From: an uncultured bacterium
GTDB taxonomy: Bacteria > Omnitrophota > Omnitrophia > Omnitrophales > JACQLI01
Assembly: GCA_964372875.1 (NCBI GenBank)
Contig: CAYJTB010000001.1
Span: 27,860 to 91,859 of the forward strand
Length of the DNA stretch: 64,000 nucleotides
Direction: 5' to 3'
The notes below the pieces were generated by a model that worked only from the letters and a program-made list of their open reading frames with translations, made no database searches and was not told where the DNA came from. The translations under genes were made by a program, and so were the position numbers. This document shows positions 27,301 through 31,057 of this stretch, in pieces (positions within the stretch are counted from its first letter, which is position 1; the number at the start of each line of letters is the position of its first letter).

Positions 27301-28719
27301 ATAAAAAATCATTTTCTGACCGCGCTTCATCATTTCATTTGGGAACACAGCGACTTTGAAGATGCGAAGAATTTAGCCAGAGAACTCGGTAACTTGAGCC
27401 TAATCAGTTCTTTGTTGGGTGAGCCCCTCAGTAAAAGACAGGCCGCTTTTTATAAGCGCGCACTTTTGAGCTCTGACCGCACGCAGCAGAAGATCGCGCT
27501 TGGCTTCTTCGAGACTTTCCCTGATCTTGAAAAAATGGACTGGAAAGAGGAAGTCGTTGGTAAACTTAAAGAAATCGTAATGGATGAATCCGAAGATTCT
27601 GAATTTAGAAAATATGCCTTTGAAGCGTTGACAAACAATATTCTTCTTATAGAGCCAGCCTTTTTGGCGCCTTATTTTAAAGAGCCGCGCAGCCAACGGT
27701 TTCGAATCATTTCTTCGGATAAAAAAGGCGCTCGGATTTTATTTTCGGTTCTTCAGAAGAAATTTGGGTCGCCTTTAAAGGACCCGCCCCTTTTTAAAAA
27801 AAGTTCCGAGTCCATCATTTTATCAGGAGAATTTACGACAGGTCTGAGAAATGCTGCCATGTTGATCCGATTTGTAAGGCAGGCCTACGGCCGGGAGATA
27901 TCCTTTGATGAGTCCCGCGGCTTGCTTAAAGAGATGAAAAAGAAACAAGACAGATCCCGGCGTTCCGAAATACGGAGTGAAAGCTTGGATTCGACGTGGG
28001 AGTTGAGGGAGGATGCGAACAAAGGAAAGCTTGCGGAACTTGGAAAACAATTTGCGCCGATGATTGAGAGTCTTTGGAAACGCTCCGAGGTCAGGCACAG
28101 GCTTGCGACGGACGGATTTTTGAATCTTTCAAAGCTGATTGAAATTCCCAAAGCCGAAGCGGCTGAACCTGCGATTGTAGCTGCGCTTTTGATCCGTGCA
28201 GAACAATCCCAAACCGGAACGCCGGCTTTGGACAAACATTTGCAAGTGTGGCAGTCGCGCATGGGAATCAGTTCGGTTGCTAAAGAAAATGAAGTCGTAA
28301 TCCTCTTAGAAGGTGCGGCGTTTAAACTCGGACTCTTGGCTGCGATCGACGGAATTAGCCCGGCAGCTCCGAAGATCGGCGTTGTGGCGCCCAAGGCTTA
28401 CCATTCTTTAGTGGAAGAAGTCAGAAGCGGTCTTAGAACCGGGCAAGAACTGATCGAAGGGGAGAAGCTTCCCGAAATTTTAAATCAAATTGCTCAGATG
28501 AAACAGAAGCCAAGCCGCTTAACGATTTGGGCTTCGAAGGAAGACTCGTTCTTAACAGCAGCGTTCATCAAACGTTTTCTTAAAGATCCAAACCTGAATG
28601 TAGAAGTAAAGACCGTGACGCAGCGCGATCTTGACCGCGCCAACGCGTCTCACCCCGGCTTTGCGGAACGTATCAAGAACTTCCTCGCCGCCGTCAAATC
28701 CCTCAGCATTTCCGCTTAA
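15316..28719 (+). CDS. giant modular ORF, 4,467 codons, function unknown
   Basis: Single uninterrupted frame; AGGAAAG RBS; N-terminal TM helix; protein-like composition in most modules; junction peptide conserved with synonymous codon variation. Caveat: three segments look non-coding on this strand. Confidence 0.7.
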   Translation: MTLRAKNFYLRTVAAFTAIIFCWNSLAWPLPEVAVPQAGKTFDLIPKELGTVDEYELPDASHSAPFVIHIQDLHAAPEAQEKILDILKFLHSKKKLLVAVEGAAGTLHPEYLDFFPQYPRVTNALVQDLVSESMLTGPALFAWERYESKPSLHPSLRGRKSEAISNPRLLRRAFGPPHNDNSVQFIGVETPRLYRENLKAYRDFFQDEEKNQQDLKSFQTSLESAQTKIFNPDLRKFVQEVQRRKDGKFQSGKASPDLAAYIRFLADSSRDHLGVDLRDKFEQIRFPNLTRILFLMEFESKITAHQRRVLHSEIESKKLFDEITLLETRLRQILVKKPEETKLLEILDDFKLLEKLFHLELTREEYYQVVNRVLEINPSNLHQRLATIAEIASTSSEMLSRNDADYETALRFYRLAIRRDKALLENALREAAKTENSSQEKPLIVLVTGGFHTSGVSELLKEKKIPYAVVTPALAKTKANQDQYHKLMSGKMFAKEASSASPKNNNLVWAQILTARDRYPSLNSDEDQQKIFSHATEKSGEYFRKFYPQISEPKLQELLSRPAGFFSQISRSELQSRSQITNSAIDGRIGGKRVLPSRFPRSEVRAVEQRLEVSGQKTEGWSSKIGKIIRNGSDFGLSRVFQRSQAKNYRIPSRLEKSRGERIEISLKVFIDSRSWSPVTMIVALAERAHSSTASSSGSRQAFTFVLGLTIKAFIWINEIISSSISGVIHFLSLGFSSERRKSSSKAGDKAAMNLSSSRDSRIERQTPGKASPLTSTFTSRTTRRIPFLPGLLDQIQKLFSAERVFLSAFINFAGQRTEAFSPGLMFKTTDQGNAVTGFQLIDHALNLLNVYFHGNLRHRILSSSSNQYNLSALADQNQNISSVKPSKQSSTEPSRRAASGPESRQSPILSVDRPGGARGEVRAKEQRSEVREQRIEVISQRSEGKITSSGGDFGSVRSGTSRPRQEISKPKQETRLSRFIYPFSESLGQAIQEIRIMMATIIERTALAFNEVFQMFSLTTRAANTRLTALMIPSANKFRLLDGKRVFISMLQAPQPNTGLILSQILFLEYEISRRSEVREYISDWTVSTLETKQPVLAAAFSTDGKILAAGARNNVHLTNGDLRKWSVEFRAHRNEIAKLISFQRGNRNFFATASRIGSISLWNSNGGLIRRLEQLNPEDFQPVLGLSVSKNGDWLAATDMDVMKIYDLTGMSSPKTIPITDQSRNHFVQFSPDGTSIASTYYGEIRIEDIKTGKLRANLHHEASLKKSMDTSALAFSKGDDVAAASTDGKIRIWRWKGERQPQVLDFLSPAREASHLIFSPNGKRLAASTADQIEIWKLNGKVWRHEETIYPHLDAVTEILFSPDAKRFMAAGIWHGSGRVRIWSKETPARAEVRTDGIPTTWFRIFNRLDNLNREVWKQKDLDIIDLTNQLEKKLISLFGSQLLYGIWTWNTSVREVRFGLRSGPLSFELTANPHQEIPEREIKRGYTVTMNAMLTSAAESQHAKKWGDSEPEERGETLLEIPIAEIDRSQPVIYFGSFYFDTDKEKKETIIKQEILFLPGEERNYQIYIWHNNALEKTTLEKEGGRTYAVWRTPEAEPSLSFQYVALHDAQGKDLGEISRLILKAGNSETYRNNLQFLYGPIWRDETSSFSHGSRTSVKPSVFEDLISAAPGKRIAALLGLAIEYQYVPEGQVFSRMLLTELEKLEGLPYGRIAALREIAEMSPEEAHERFKDPYDQPSAIPAVMTLVASLAPRLLERMKNWDQEFYEELKGVLQKPDLKTLFEEGEVKFYEADHLWAASDNRSFFPGVVAFSRSKDRQIIVPIYFGNEPKDEDGKVWFKILDATSLGIENSNAATYQVYDHMLGEFYKTLHSGEKLYREGWSIGIPVVPGKLDRAGFIQKGRHVQFLEMRRTQSLTTATRIGLPENLVKTQGILTDLLREMSKLEIYFFISKTGATDRRMVPVDNVYEFFSSYAGKKGEHWNEIVSEPLQLTVSSPGFKRQTLRHALRMMQEALQLTYSFPGTLKGNDPHLSFYHDKLIEETQLLKTSDQTGKWAHVEFEIASSHFEMPDHWDQPAENSLRQRIQALREALEIPFVLMLKAPSGAKDPYHIEPVGNLHQRLPYFVLKDDFLKNPHDPRFPYFSKGAQLSFGLEAPMDSARLEQVRNILVASLEGRMSAATLKRAIEVTMHQWQREDSFFSESRSEARRVPRTLAVHPVRLAPGTPLYPDRSGPGVAVQSHWNSARSEVRTEKSERLTRSNAGELLKPRRYLKNKIYGIGRITAVEGKFGGKDPQGSVEVAFLNKHGFEETKEFSTWSLFQLPEQNPEEAFFSVTRQEIEDFKNQKRQGQAAYKEEIDKKRIAQREGRQWMEAQSPTFSLYDSPFSARAGRPLAADYRKLMQGIQDRAQGEYHLGSASIVERKILFEMLGTRLIPKTNQSETTLRINLGRRKKEFAEKLKTILDETGGLSARAVSEAEEKIMSPKDKSRALSSEWLKFRDPVTGKFATEKDIKRWIQNAIPIVERILEYEVKLLKLEKQIQIHPRPLARSEVRAAESSPTKKVAFFNLRTADDSSIVLPQRMSYLPVEQRLPDYSAWRIRVGRESGNLHAFLRDVLGPRWHWNVKGETKAYFLYKSLPKKFKQFIGKRKPPTGFDMEALGLLVVNRSDIFYIPMEETVNESVVTVLDKNDRDAINEFISHHAMIQTVPQNIRIFPPVRYESVKFGLGEDPVSSPKPGSIEVVYHPRLMVNDLGKADKEIIFETSFDLTQLRPRKKITAELEGRFYQELKSRLRNTWQIRIGNRTVEMPRAKDLPAKVQDVEEILLPGNNRKTASLHFNDAVSFYLDGILMRSNVPVPKDIHAWIFWKTRIRFNDQEISVETTEGNNVLTYRTDETGEHLRVNGEPTDNSVLQNMIRQMGSAFSILAFQMARDPEQTDYLRESGKETIDDEFDQWLGRSEVREEGQPAQNGNGHAIQKKQRGRGFRTKEEALQALAERQAKGLSSDPKSLQRHLAEGGNPTLLTFIYRWNQKHPEEPIEMKLLPTRTHKYESKGEIIEALEKRRLEKGESANYRMQLRLHIEEGGDRTLYQAVLRWNHDHPEDLINLPLDPHVAHGQLGKYQTKQDGLNTLSERKKQGLGNSTSDLRQTKSDGGDWPLLVFIRHWNKKHPKDRIALENADQNFNRLSPVAVWHSQTQDFKTTDQKRTEWWRALQEEADHEAGKRLVESFIPSVNEIAQRLSGGRDSHYEADLIQNGNMIVLETIYPERKEDQWNPSRGVSMTEFVETRLKKEMRHRTLQEIRSSGRFSIDEPYRFSKGREKEWQVPSYDAQPQEVRINNLADERDKQSGLPVILFEEKHQIAREIGKWLIKKGFLKQVKQEGIQNLAVSMIGSLGVLGSAVRDKSDLNLMVVTDANESQAEALAEKLAQWIGGRYHEPQDSEPIRISVGKEGDYEQAIADGNGFISLLQKHKVGTDPIKGIASVEVIGIPDEDNSFSEDSLTRQKTRAAFHLAFQDPRLAEQAINGILVLENAKGAAERLAQKLPSDQENLFGYYEKFLAKQAANLRKLQESSIDSKARAEVHPNPTDSGTPQSSPDQARAEVRSSLPEQRAEKKLETRKLEIGAGISGLSGRVETSNGRVFSGSDRLPIKSTRSPQKSEWQGQPSFSLPPLRSLPQKSSPNKSISRVLLERQAAISGRVLGKALLPELLLIGPKSHAETTLPASPSGPLSGIYFSQNKIYSNINSELSDFSRSDGSTSSPSVLSKAEGRVERAEVHPNPTDSGTPPHSRPTGVSTEVSLAAPPGAPPSSPERARAEVRASVEEIIRKQMLSGDLKAFEKNFESYDREKAFELLNSISKIAKEISERIRKGEEELMVAANNGQKMQEIIDAAKILENFPNDKQIHGVHLSAIINLQEIFNLTPKALPRYRNLLEAIVKHASKKEQPHQAAAEIIESFEGEQHADSQQDQFQRNEALEFLTLDLDEKVFKETVIKNHFLTALHHFIWEHSDFEDAKNLARELGNLSLISSLLGEPLSKRQAAFYKRALLSSDRTQQKIALGFFETFPDLEKMDWKEEVVGKLKEIVMDESEDSEFRKYAFEALTNNILLIEPAFLAPYFKEPRSQRFRIISSDKKGARILFSVLQKKFGSPLKDPPLFKKSSESIILSGEFTTGLRNAAMLIRFVRQAYGREISFDESRGLLKEMKKKQDRSRRSEIRSESLDSTWELREDANKGKLAELGKQFAPMIESLWKRSEVRHRLATDGFLNLSKLIEIPKAEAAEPAIVAALLIRAEQSQTGTPALDKHLQVWQSRMGISSVAKENEVVILLEGAAFKLGLLAAIDGISPAAPKIGVVAPKAYHSLVEEVRSGLRTGQELIEGEKLPEILNQIAQMKQKPSRLTIWASKEDSFLTAAFIKRFLKDPNLNVEVKTVTQRDLDRANASHPGFAERIKNFLAAVKSLSISA
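15765..15855. mobile_element. MITE-like element inserted in-frame in the giant ORF
   Basis: GTCATTGCACCC GTCATTGCGAGG...AAGCAATC..GATTGCTTCG...CCTCACAATGAC; translated SLRGRKSEAISNPRLLRRAFGPPHND. Confidence 0.6.
16475..16524. repeat. possible degenerate/short copy of the same MITE family
   Basis: CCATTGCTGAGATTGCTTCG...TCTCGCAATGAC, translated ...MLSRND; left terminus is weak. Confidence 0.3.
17059..17082. repeat. 24-bp perfect palindrome
   Basis: AATTCGGCCATC|GATGGCCGAATT, 34 nt upstream of the first RSEVR junction. Confidence 0.9.
17259..17672 (-). CDS. PIN-domain ribonuclease toxin (PIN_3/VapC-like)
   Basis: VVLDVNVLVSGL..., CRDPDDDAVLECALSAKATIIVTGDHDLL: acidic PIN residues in the canonical order; 20-nt overlap with the upstream small gene. 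Confidence 0.9.
   Translation of the reverse strand: MRRVVLDVNVLVSGLAFPGVCRSILESLEEDKFIAALSPALLEDFLRSLEKPKLKKWITPEMLEEMISLIHMKALIVKPKTKVKACRDPDDDAVLECALSAKATIIVTGDHDLLSMKTFKEISILSPRDFSKRLGIR
17653..17892 (-). CDS. putative antitoxin of the PIN toxin
   Basis: 79-aa basic protein directly upstream of and overlapping the PIN gene; strong RBS; family not recognised. Confidence 0.6.
   Translation of the reverse strand: MPKIAVEVDIQQIERMINQLKSRDRITLIRRLEHKTWGERFRSLTRKVDKSRKKHPLSRKELLNLVKQARQERYASGRS
18070..18556 (-). mobile_element. antisense cassette 2: junction, 3'-flank repeat, small membrane protein
   Basis: Same build as cassette 1; bounded by junctions at 18070 and 18541; minus-strand TTGACT -35-like box upstream of ATG 18461. 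Confidence 0.4.
18258..18461 (-). CDS. small two-TM membrane protein (paralog of 26324..26533)
   Basis: 67 aa with two hydrophobic helices. Shares MK(T/S)(L/I)F...RR..(F/L)A...LVL.A.V...SLK pattern with the other cassette protein. Confidence 0.5.
   Translation of the reverse strand: MKTLFPSKRRNLFADGIMRAVSLVLAALVVSENIWKTSLKAKAVLSIIVAIMILISWMACPRDSEKG
18556..19491 (+). other. WD40-type beta-propeller module of the giant ORF
   Basis: Repeated units such as FSTDGKILAAG, ATASRIGSISLWN, FSPDGTSIAS, ASTDGKIRIWRW, FSPNGKRLAAS..IEIWK, FSPDAKRFMAAG..RVRIWS. Confidence 0.8.
21937..22080. repeat. in-ORF array of GC-rich hairpins at a module junction (copy a)
   Basis: CGAGGCAC/GTGCCTCG; CCCGGTGC/GCACCGGG; ACCCGGACC/GGTCCGGGT; CAGAGT/ACTCTG; CCGTTC/GAACGG; flanked by RSEAR and RSEVR codons. 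Confidence 0.65.
24274..24857 (+). repeat. three tandem ~65-aa protein repeats inside the giant ORF
   Basis: GFRTKEEALQALAERQAKGL...GGNPTLLTFIYRWNQKHPEEPI / KYESKGEIIEALEKRRLEKG...GGDRTLYQAVLRWNHDHPEDLI / KYQTKQDGLNTLSERKKQGL...GGDWPLLVFIRHWNKKHPKDRI. Confidence 0.6.
25060..25230 (+). other. sigma-70 region-2-like stretch in the giant ORF
   Basis: EADLIQNGNMIVLETIYPERKEDQWNPSRGVSMTEFVETRLKKEM resembles DLIQEGNIGLMKAV..FDP.RG..FSTYA.WWIR. Confidence 0.35.
25483..25575 (+). other. nucleotidyltransferase (Pol-beta/MNT-like) motif in the giant ORF
   Basis: SMIGSLGVLGSAVRDKSDLNLMVVTD matches the G-S-x(n)-G...D-x-D minimal NTase pattern. Confidence 0.45.
26059..26136. repeat. in-ORF hairpin element (copy b)
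   Basis: AGGGCCGAGGTGCAC CCGAATC cgacc GATTCGG GTACTCCT...CCTCGCC cgatca GGCGAGG GCCGAGGTGCGT; 39 bp (26062-26100) are repeated perfectly at 26644-26682. Confidence 0.7.
26324..26533 (-). CDS. small two-TM membrane protein (paralog of 18258..18461)
   Basis: 69 aa, GTG start, two hydrophobic helices, acidic C-terminus (SSSKEED); A/T-rich TATATT box upstream on the minus strand. Confidence 0.5.
   Translation of the reverse strand: MKSIFLTTARRDWLAKLFQHVILVLLAGVLGGELFLKLSLKWRLVVLGGLVICFYLGLIFAASSSKEED
26641..26781. repeat. in-ORF hairpin element (copy c, expanded to four hairpins)
   Basis: CCCGAATC/GATTCGGG; ACTCACGCC/GGCGTGAGT; CCCTGGCGG/CCGCCAGGG; CCTCGCC/GGCGAGG. Confidence 0.7.
26782..27960 (+). 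other. alpha-helical (HEAT/ARM-like) module of the giant ORF
   Basis: Helix-rich composition with a recurrent ~40-aa helical periodicity; judged by eye only. Confidence 0.3.
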
Positions 28720-28737
28720 TCTTGTTTCAAACCACGT

Positions 28738-28766
28738 TTGACAAACATGCCAAATTGTATTACACT
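28738..28766 (+). promoter_or_regulatory. candidate sigma-70 promoter of vapBC
   Basis: TTGACA, 17 nt spacer, TACACT; ACGGAGG RBS precedes ATG 28808. Confidence 0.5.
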
Positions 28767-28807
28767 TTACCGATCGATAAGTTAATCGTATGACAACGGA
28801 GGCTTGA

Positions 28808-29017
28808 ATGACACGAGTGACAGTTTCCCCAAAATATCAAATCGTGATCCCTAAAGAAATTAGGGAAAAGTTGGATATTCGGTGCGGACAGAAGATGGCC
28901 GTCGTAACAAGAGGGGAATGGATTATGCTGGTTCCCGATCTGCCTTTGAAACATTATCGGGGGTTTTTGAAAGGTGTGAGTTCAGAGGGGGTTCGTGACC
29001 GAAGGGACCGGTTTTGA
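28808..29017 (+). CDS. vapB: AbrB/SpoVT-type antitoxin
   Basis: MTRVTVSPKYQIVIPKEIREKLDIRCGQKMAVV: looped-hinge-helix AbrB fold motif; 4-nt overlap with the PIN gene. Confidence 0.85.
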   Translation: MTRVTVSPKYQIVIPKEIREKLDIRCGQKMAVVTRGEWIMLVPDLPLKHYRGFLKGVSSEGVRDRRDRF

Positions 29018-29391
29018 CGGTCATCGATTCAAGCGGTTGGATTGAGTTTTTTAGCGAAGGTCCACTTGCCTCCCATTATGAAAAGCATTTGGGGTCTTTG
29101 TCTGAGATTGTCGTTCCTACCATTGTGCTTTATGAAGTCTACAAGAAATATAAGAGAGAAAGCGGAGAGCAAGGCGCTTTGACCGCGGTGTTTCATATGC
29201 AAAAGTGCCGGATCGTACCTTTAACAGAAGAATTGAGTTTGGAGGCGGCGGATTTAAGCCTTCAATACGGACTTGCCATGGCCGATGCGATTGTTTATGC
29301 GTCGGCACTTCAGGAAAAAGCAAAGTTAATCACCAGCGATAAAGCCTTAAAAAATCTGCCTCAAGTGGTTTACTACAGTAAATCGTCCTAA
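29014..29391 (+). CDS. vapC: PIN-domain toxin
   Basis: MTVIDSSGWIEFF..., LSLEAADLS...MADAIVYASA...LITSD: PIN acidic residues. Confidence 0.85.
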   Translation: MTVIDSSGWIEFFSEGPLASHYEKHLGSLSEIVVPTIVLYEVYKKYKRESGEQGALTAVFHMQKCRIVPLTEELSLEAADLSLQYGLAMADAIVYASALQEKAKLITSDKALKNLPQVVYYSKSS

Positions 29392-29397
29392 GATTCC

Positions 29398-30312
29398 TTG
29401 AGTTCCACGCAAATCGCCCTTCTTAAAAAATACGGTCTTGAAGTCCGTGGATTTCGCGGCCAGCATCTTTTGGTCGATCCCAACATTCAACGAAAGATCG
29501 TGGAGTTAGTCGCTCCCAAACCAGGTGAGTGGATCGTTGAGATCGGGCCGGGCCTGGGTGCGCTCACGACTGAGATTTTGGCGGACGGCGCGTCGGTCCT
29601 TGCGATTGAAAAAGACAAACGCTTCTGCGAGATCCTGGAAGGGGAGTTCGGCATCGATTACAAAGGAAAACTCCTGATCGAAAATGCGGATGTTCTCAAG
29701 ACGGATTTAAAAAAATTACTCAAATCGTCGTTACGAGCCCCAAAGAGGCGAAGCAACCTAAGCACGAAGACTGCTTCGGCGCCGCCTCGCAATGACCGGA
29801 TCAAAGTCATCTCGAACCTTCCTTACTATATAACTTCACCTGTGCTTTTCTGGCTGATCTCCAATCGTGCATCTGTGGAAAAAGCGGTTTTGATGATGCA
29901 GGCTGAAGTCGCGGACCGTTTGCTCGCCCAGCCGGGAGATAAAGATTATAGCCGGCTTACCTTGGGAGTCCGGTATTACGCCGAAGTCCACCGTGCTTTT
30001 GAAGTTTCCCGCAATTGTTTTACTCCGAGGCCCGATGTCGATTCAACGGTCGTGACGATCGATTTTCACCCGCCGTCCGCATTCCCAAAAGGAATCGACG
30101 AGGCATTTCTTTTCCATCTCATTCAAGTAGCCTTCGGTGCCCGGCGAAAAACCCTACTCAATCGTCTTACGCAAGATTCAAAAGTAGGTCGCCCTCGTTC
30201 CCAGCTCTTAGAAATTTTTCACAAGCTCGGCATCCCCGAAATGGCCCGCGCTGAAGAGCTCCTCCTCAAAGACTTCATCTCATTGACCGAATTTCTTCAA
30301 CCTAAACATTAA
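29398..30312 (+). CDS. rsmA: 16S rRNA (adenine1518/1519-N6)-dimethyltransferase, carrying an in-frame repeat insertion
   Basis: GQHLLVDPNI, VEIGPGLGALT SAM motif, SNLPYYITSP; TTG start. Confidence 0.9.
   Translation: MSSTQIALLKKYGLEVRGFRGQHLLVDPNIQRKIVELVAPKPGEWIVEIGPGLGALTTEILADGASVLAIEKDKRFCEILEGEFGIDYKGKLLIENADVLKTDLKKLLKSSLRAPKRRSNLSTKTASAPPRNDRIKVISNLPYYITSPVLFWLISNRASVEKAVLMMQAEVADRLLAQPGDKDYSRLTLGVRYYAEVHRAFEVSRNCFTPRPDVDSTVVTIDFHPPSAFPKGIDEAFLFHLIQVAFGARRKTLLNRLTQDSKVGRPRSQLLEIFHKLGIPEMARAEELLLKDFISLTEFLQPKH
29727..29796. mobile_element. MITE-like element in-frame in rsmA
   Basis: GTCGTTACGAG...GAAGCAACC..CTGCTTCGG...CCTCGCAATGAC, translated SSLRAPKRRSNLSTKTASAPPRND, placed just before the NLPY motif. 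Confidence 0.6.
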
Positions 30313-30328
30313 AATTCATTATCCGGAA

Positions 30329-30425
30329 GGACACGAGTCTCGTCGTCACTCGTAACGCCCCTGCGAGACAGTCCCCTTCTATATTGTTTCTTTTCAAGGA
30401 TCGGGGCAAGTCCCCGTGGGACGTC
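30329..30425 (+). repeat. structured intergenic repeat, copy R1 (left half of the ~180-bp unit)
   Basis: GGACACGAGTCTCGTCG.CACTCG.AACG.CCCTGCGAGACAGTCCCCTTCTATATTGTTTCTTTTCAAGGATCGGG is near-identical to the reverse complement of 32770-32847. Confidence 0.8.
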
Positions 30426-30548
30426 CTCGTTCGTGCGTCCGGCCTCGTTCTCCGCCAAAACGCGTGGCGGATCCCTGCCCACTCGGCCTTCCGAACGCGC
30501 CTCGACTGGTCCTTCCGCTGATCGTAACCTAGCAGAATCCCCAAGCCT

Positions 30549-30690
30549 GAGACGGTCCCCTTCATTAATTTTTATTTTCAAGGATCGGGACAGCCCCCTT
30601 GTGGGGCGGCGTAGCGGCCGTTACGGAAAAATCCGGAAAAGATTTTTCCGTAGGCCCACGAGTGAGGGCGACTCCTTGTCCGTTTCTATC
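30549..30690 (+). repeat. structured intergenic repeat, copy R2
   Basis: GTCCCCTTCATTAATTTTTATTTTCAAGGATCGGGACAGCCCCCTTGTGGGGCGGCG...CGGAAAAATC cggaaaa GATTTTTCCG...CCTTGTCCGTTTC; matches the reverse complements of 32488-32574 and 32671-32770. Confidence 0.8.
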
Positions 30691-30735
30691 TTGTCGCCTG
30701 AACGTTCGGCGAAGGCTGTGGGGATTCTCCCTGCG

Positions 30736-30765
30736 TTGACAATAAGAATTGCGGCATGCTACGAT
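30736..30765 (+). promoter_or_regulatory. candidate promoter immediately upstream of gatC (possibly leaderless)
   Basis: TTGACA, 18 nt spacer, TACGAT; the -10 box ends 8 nt before ATG 30773 and there is no SD. Confidence 0.3.
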
Positions 30766-30772
30766 CCTTGGC

Positions 30773-31057
30773 ATGTCGTTTGAAATCGAGCAAATTGCGG
30801 AACTTGCAAGACTCAGTCTGAAGCCTGAAGAAAAGGCCAAGTTAAAGAAGGATCTGGAATCGATCCTCGCCTATATGGCGCAGTTGAAAGCCGTTCCGAC
30901 GGACGATGTAGAGCCCACAAGTCACGTCCTTAATCTGGAAAATGTCTTCCGGGAAGATGAAATTAAGCCTTCCGATATCCGCGAAGATGTCCTCAAGTAT
31001 GCCCCTCACCGAGAAGGAAGTTTCTTCAAGGTCCCCAAGGTCATTGATCAGGAATAA
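30773..31057 (+). CDS. gatC: Asp/Glu-tRNA amidotransferase subunit C
   Basis: MSFEIEQIAELARLSLKPEEKAKLKKDLESILAYMAQL...VEPTSHV...REDE: GatC signature; ATG 30773 preferred to the track start 30749. Confidence 0.9.
   Translation: MSFEIEQIAELARLSLKPEEKAKLKKDLESILAYMAQLKAVPTDDVEPTSHVLNLENVFREDEIKPSDIREDVLKYAPHREGSFFKVPKVIDQE

Noticed and set aside
17116-28095. Integron-like cassette array (attC sites) as an explanation of the junctions
   Set aside because: No RYYYAAC/GTTRRRY cores are visible at the junctions, and there is no integrase or attI in the window. The junction is conserved as a peptide with synonymous variation rather than as DNA. Cassette-like behaviour of the three antisense units remains possible but is not integron-typical.
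26115-28394. Long minus-strand ORFs inside the giant ORF (26115..26621, 27885..28394, 22279..22931 and others)
   Set aside because: They have Ser/Ala/Arg-rich low-complexity composition, no RBS and no recognisable motifs. They are typical antisense shadows of a coding strand. Only the PIN pair and the two small membrane proteins have gene-like features.
15316-28719. Alternative genetic code (stop-codon reassignment) as the cause of the giant open frame
   Set aside because: Flanking genes terminate normally on TAA, TAG and TGA. For example, infA ends on TGA, secY on TAA and rpoA on TAG. The giant frame is also free of all three stop codons, so reassignment of any one codon would not be needed to explain it.
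30302-30840. Small ORFs across the intergenic repeats (30302..30565, 30309..30581, 30433..30783, 30565..30840, 32284..32866 set)
   Set aside because: They overlap each other in several frames and on both strands. Their sequences are just translations of the hairpin repeats, so there is no coding signal.
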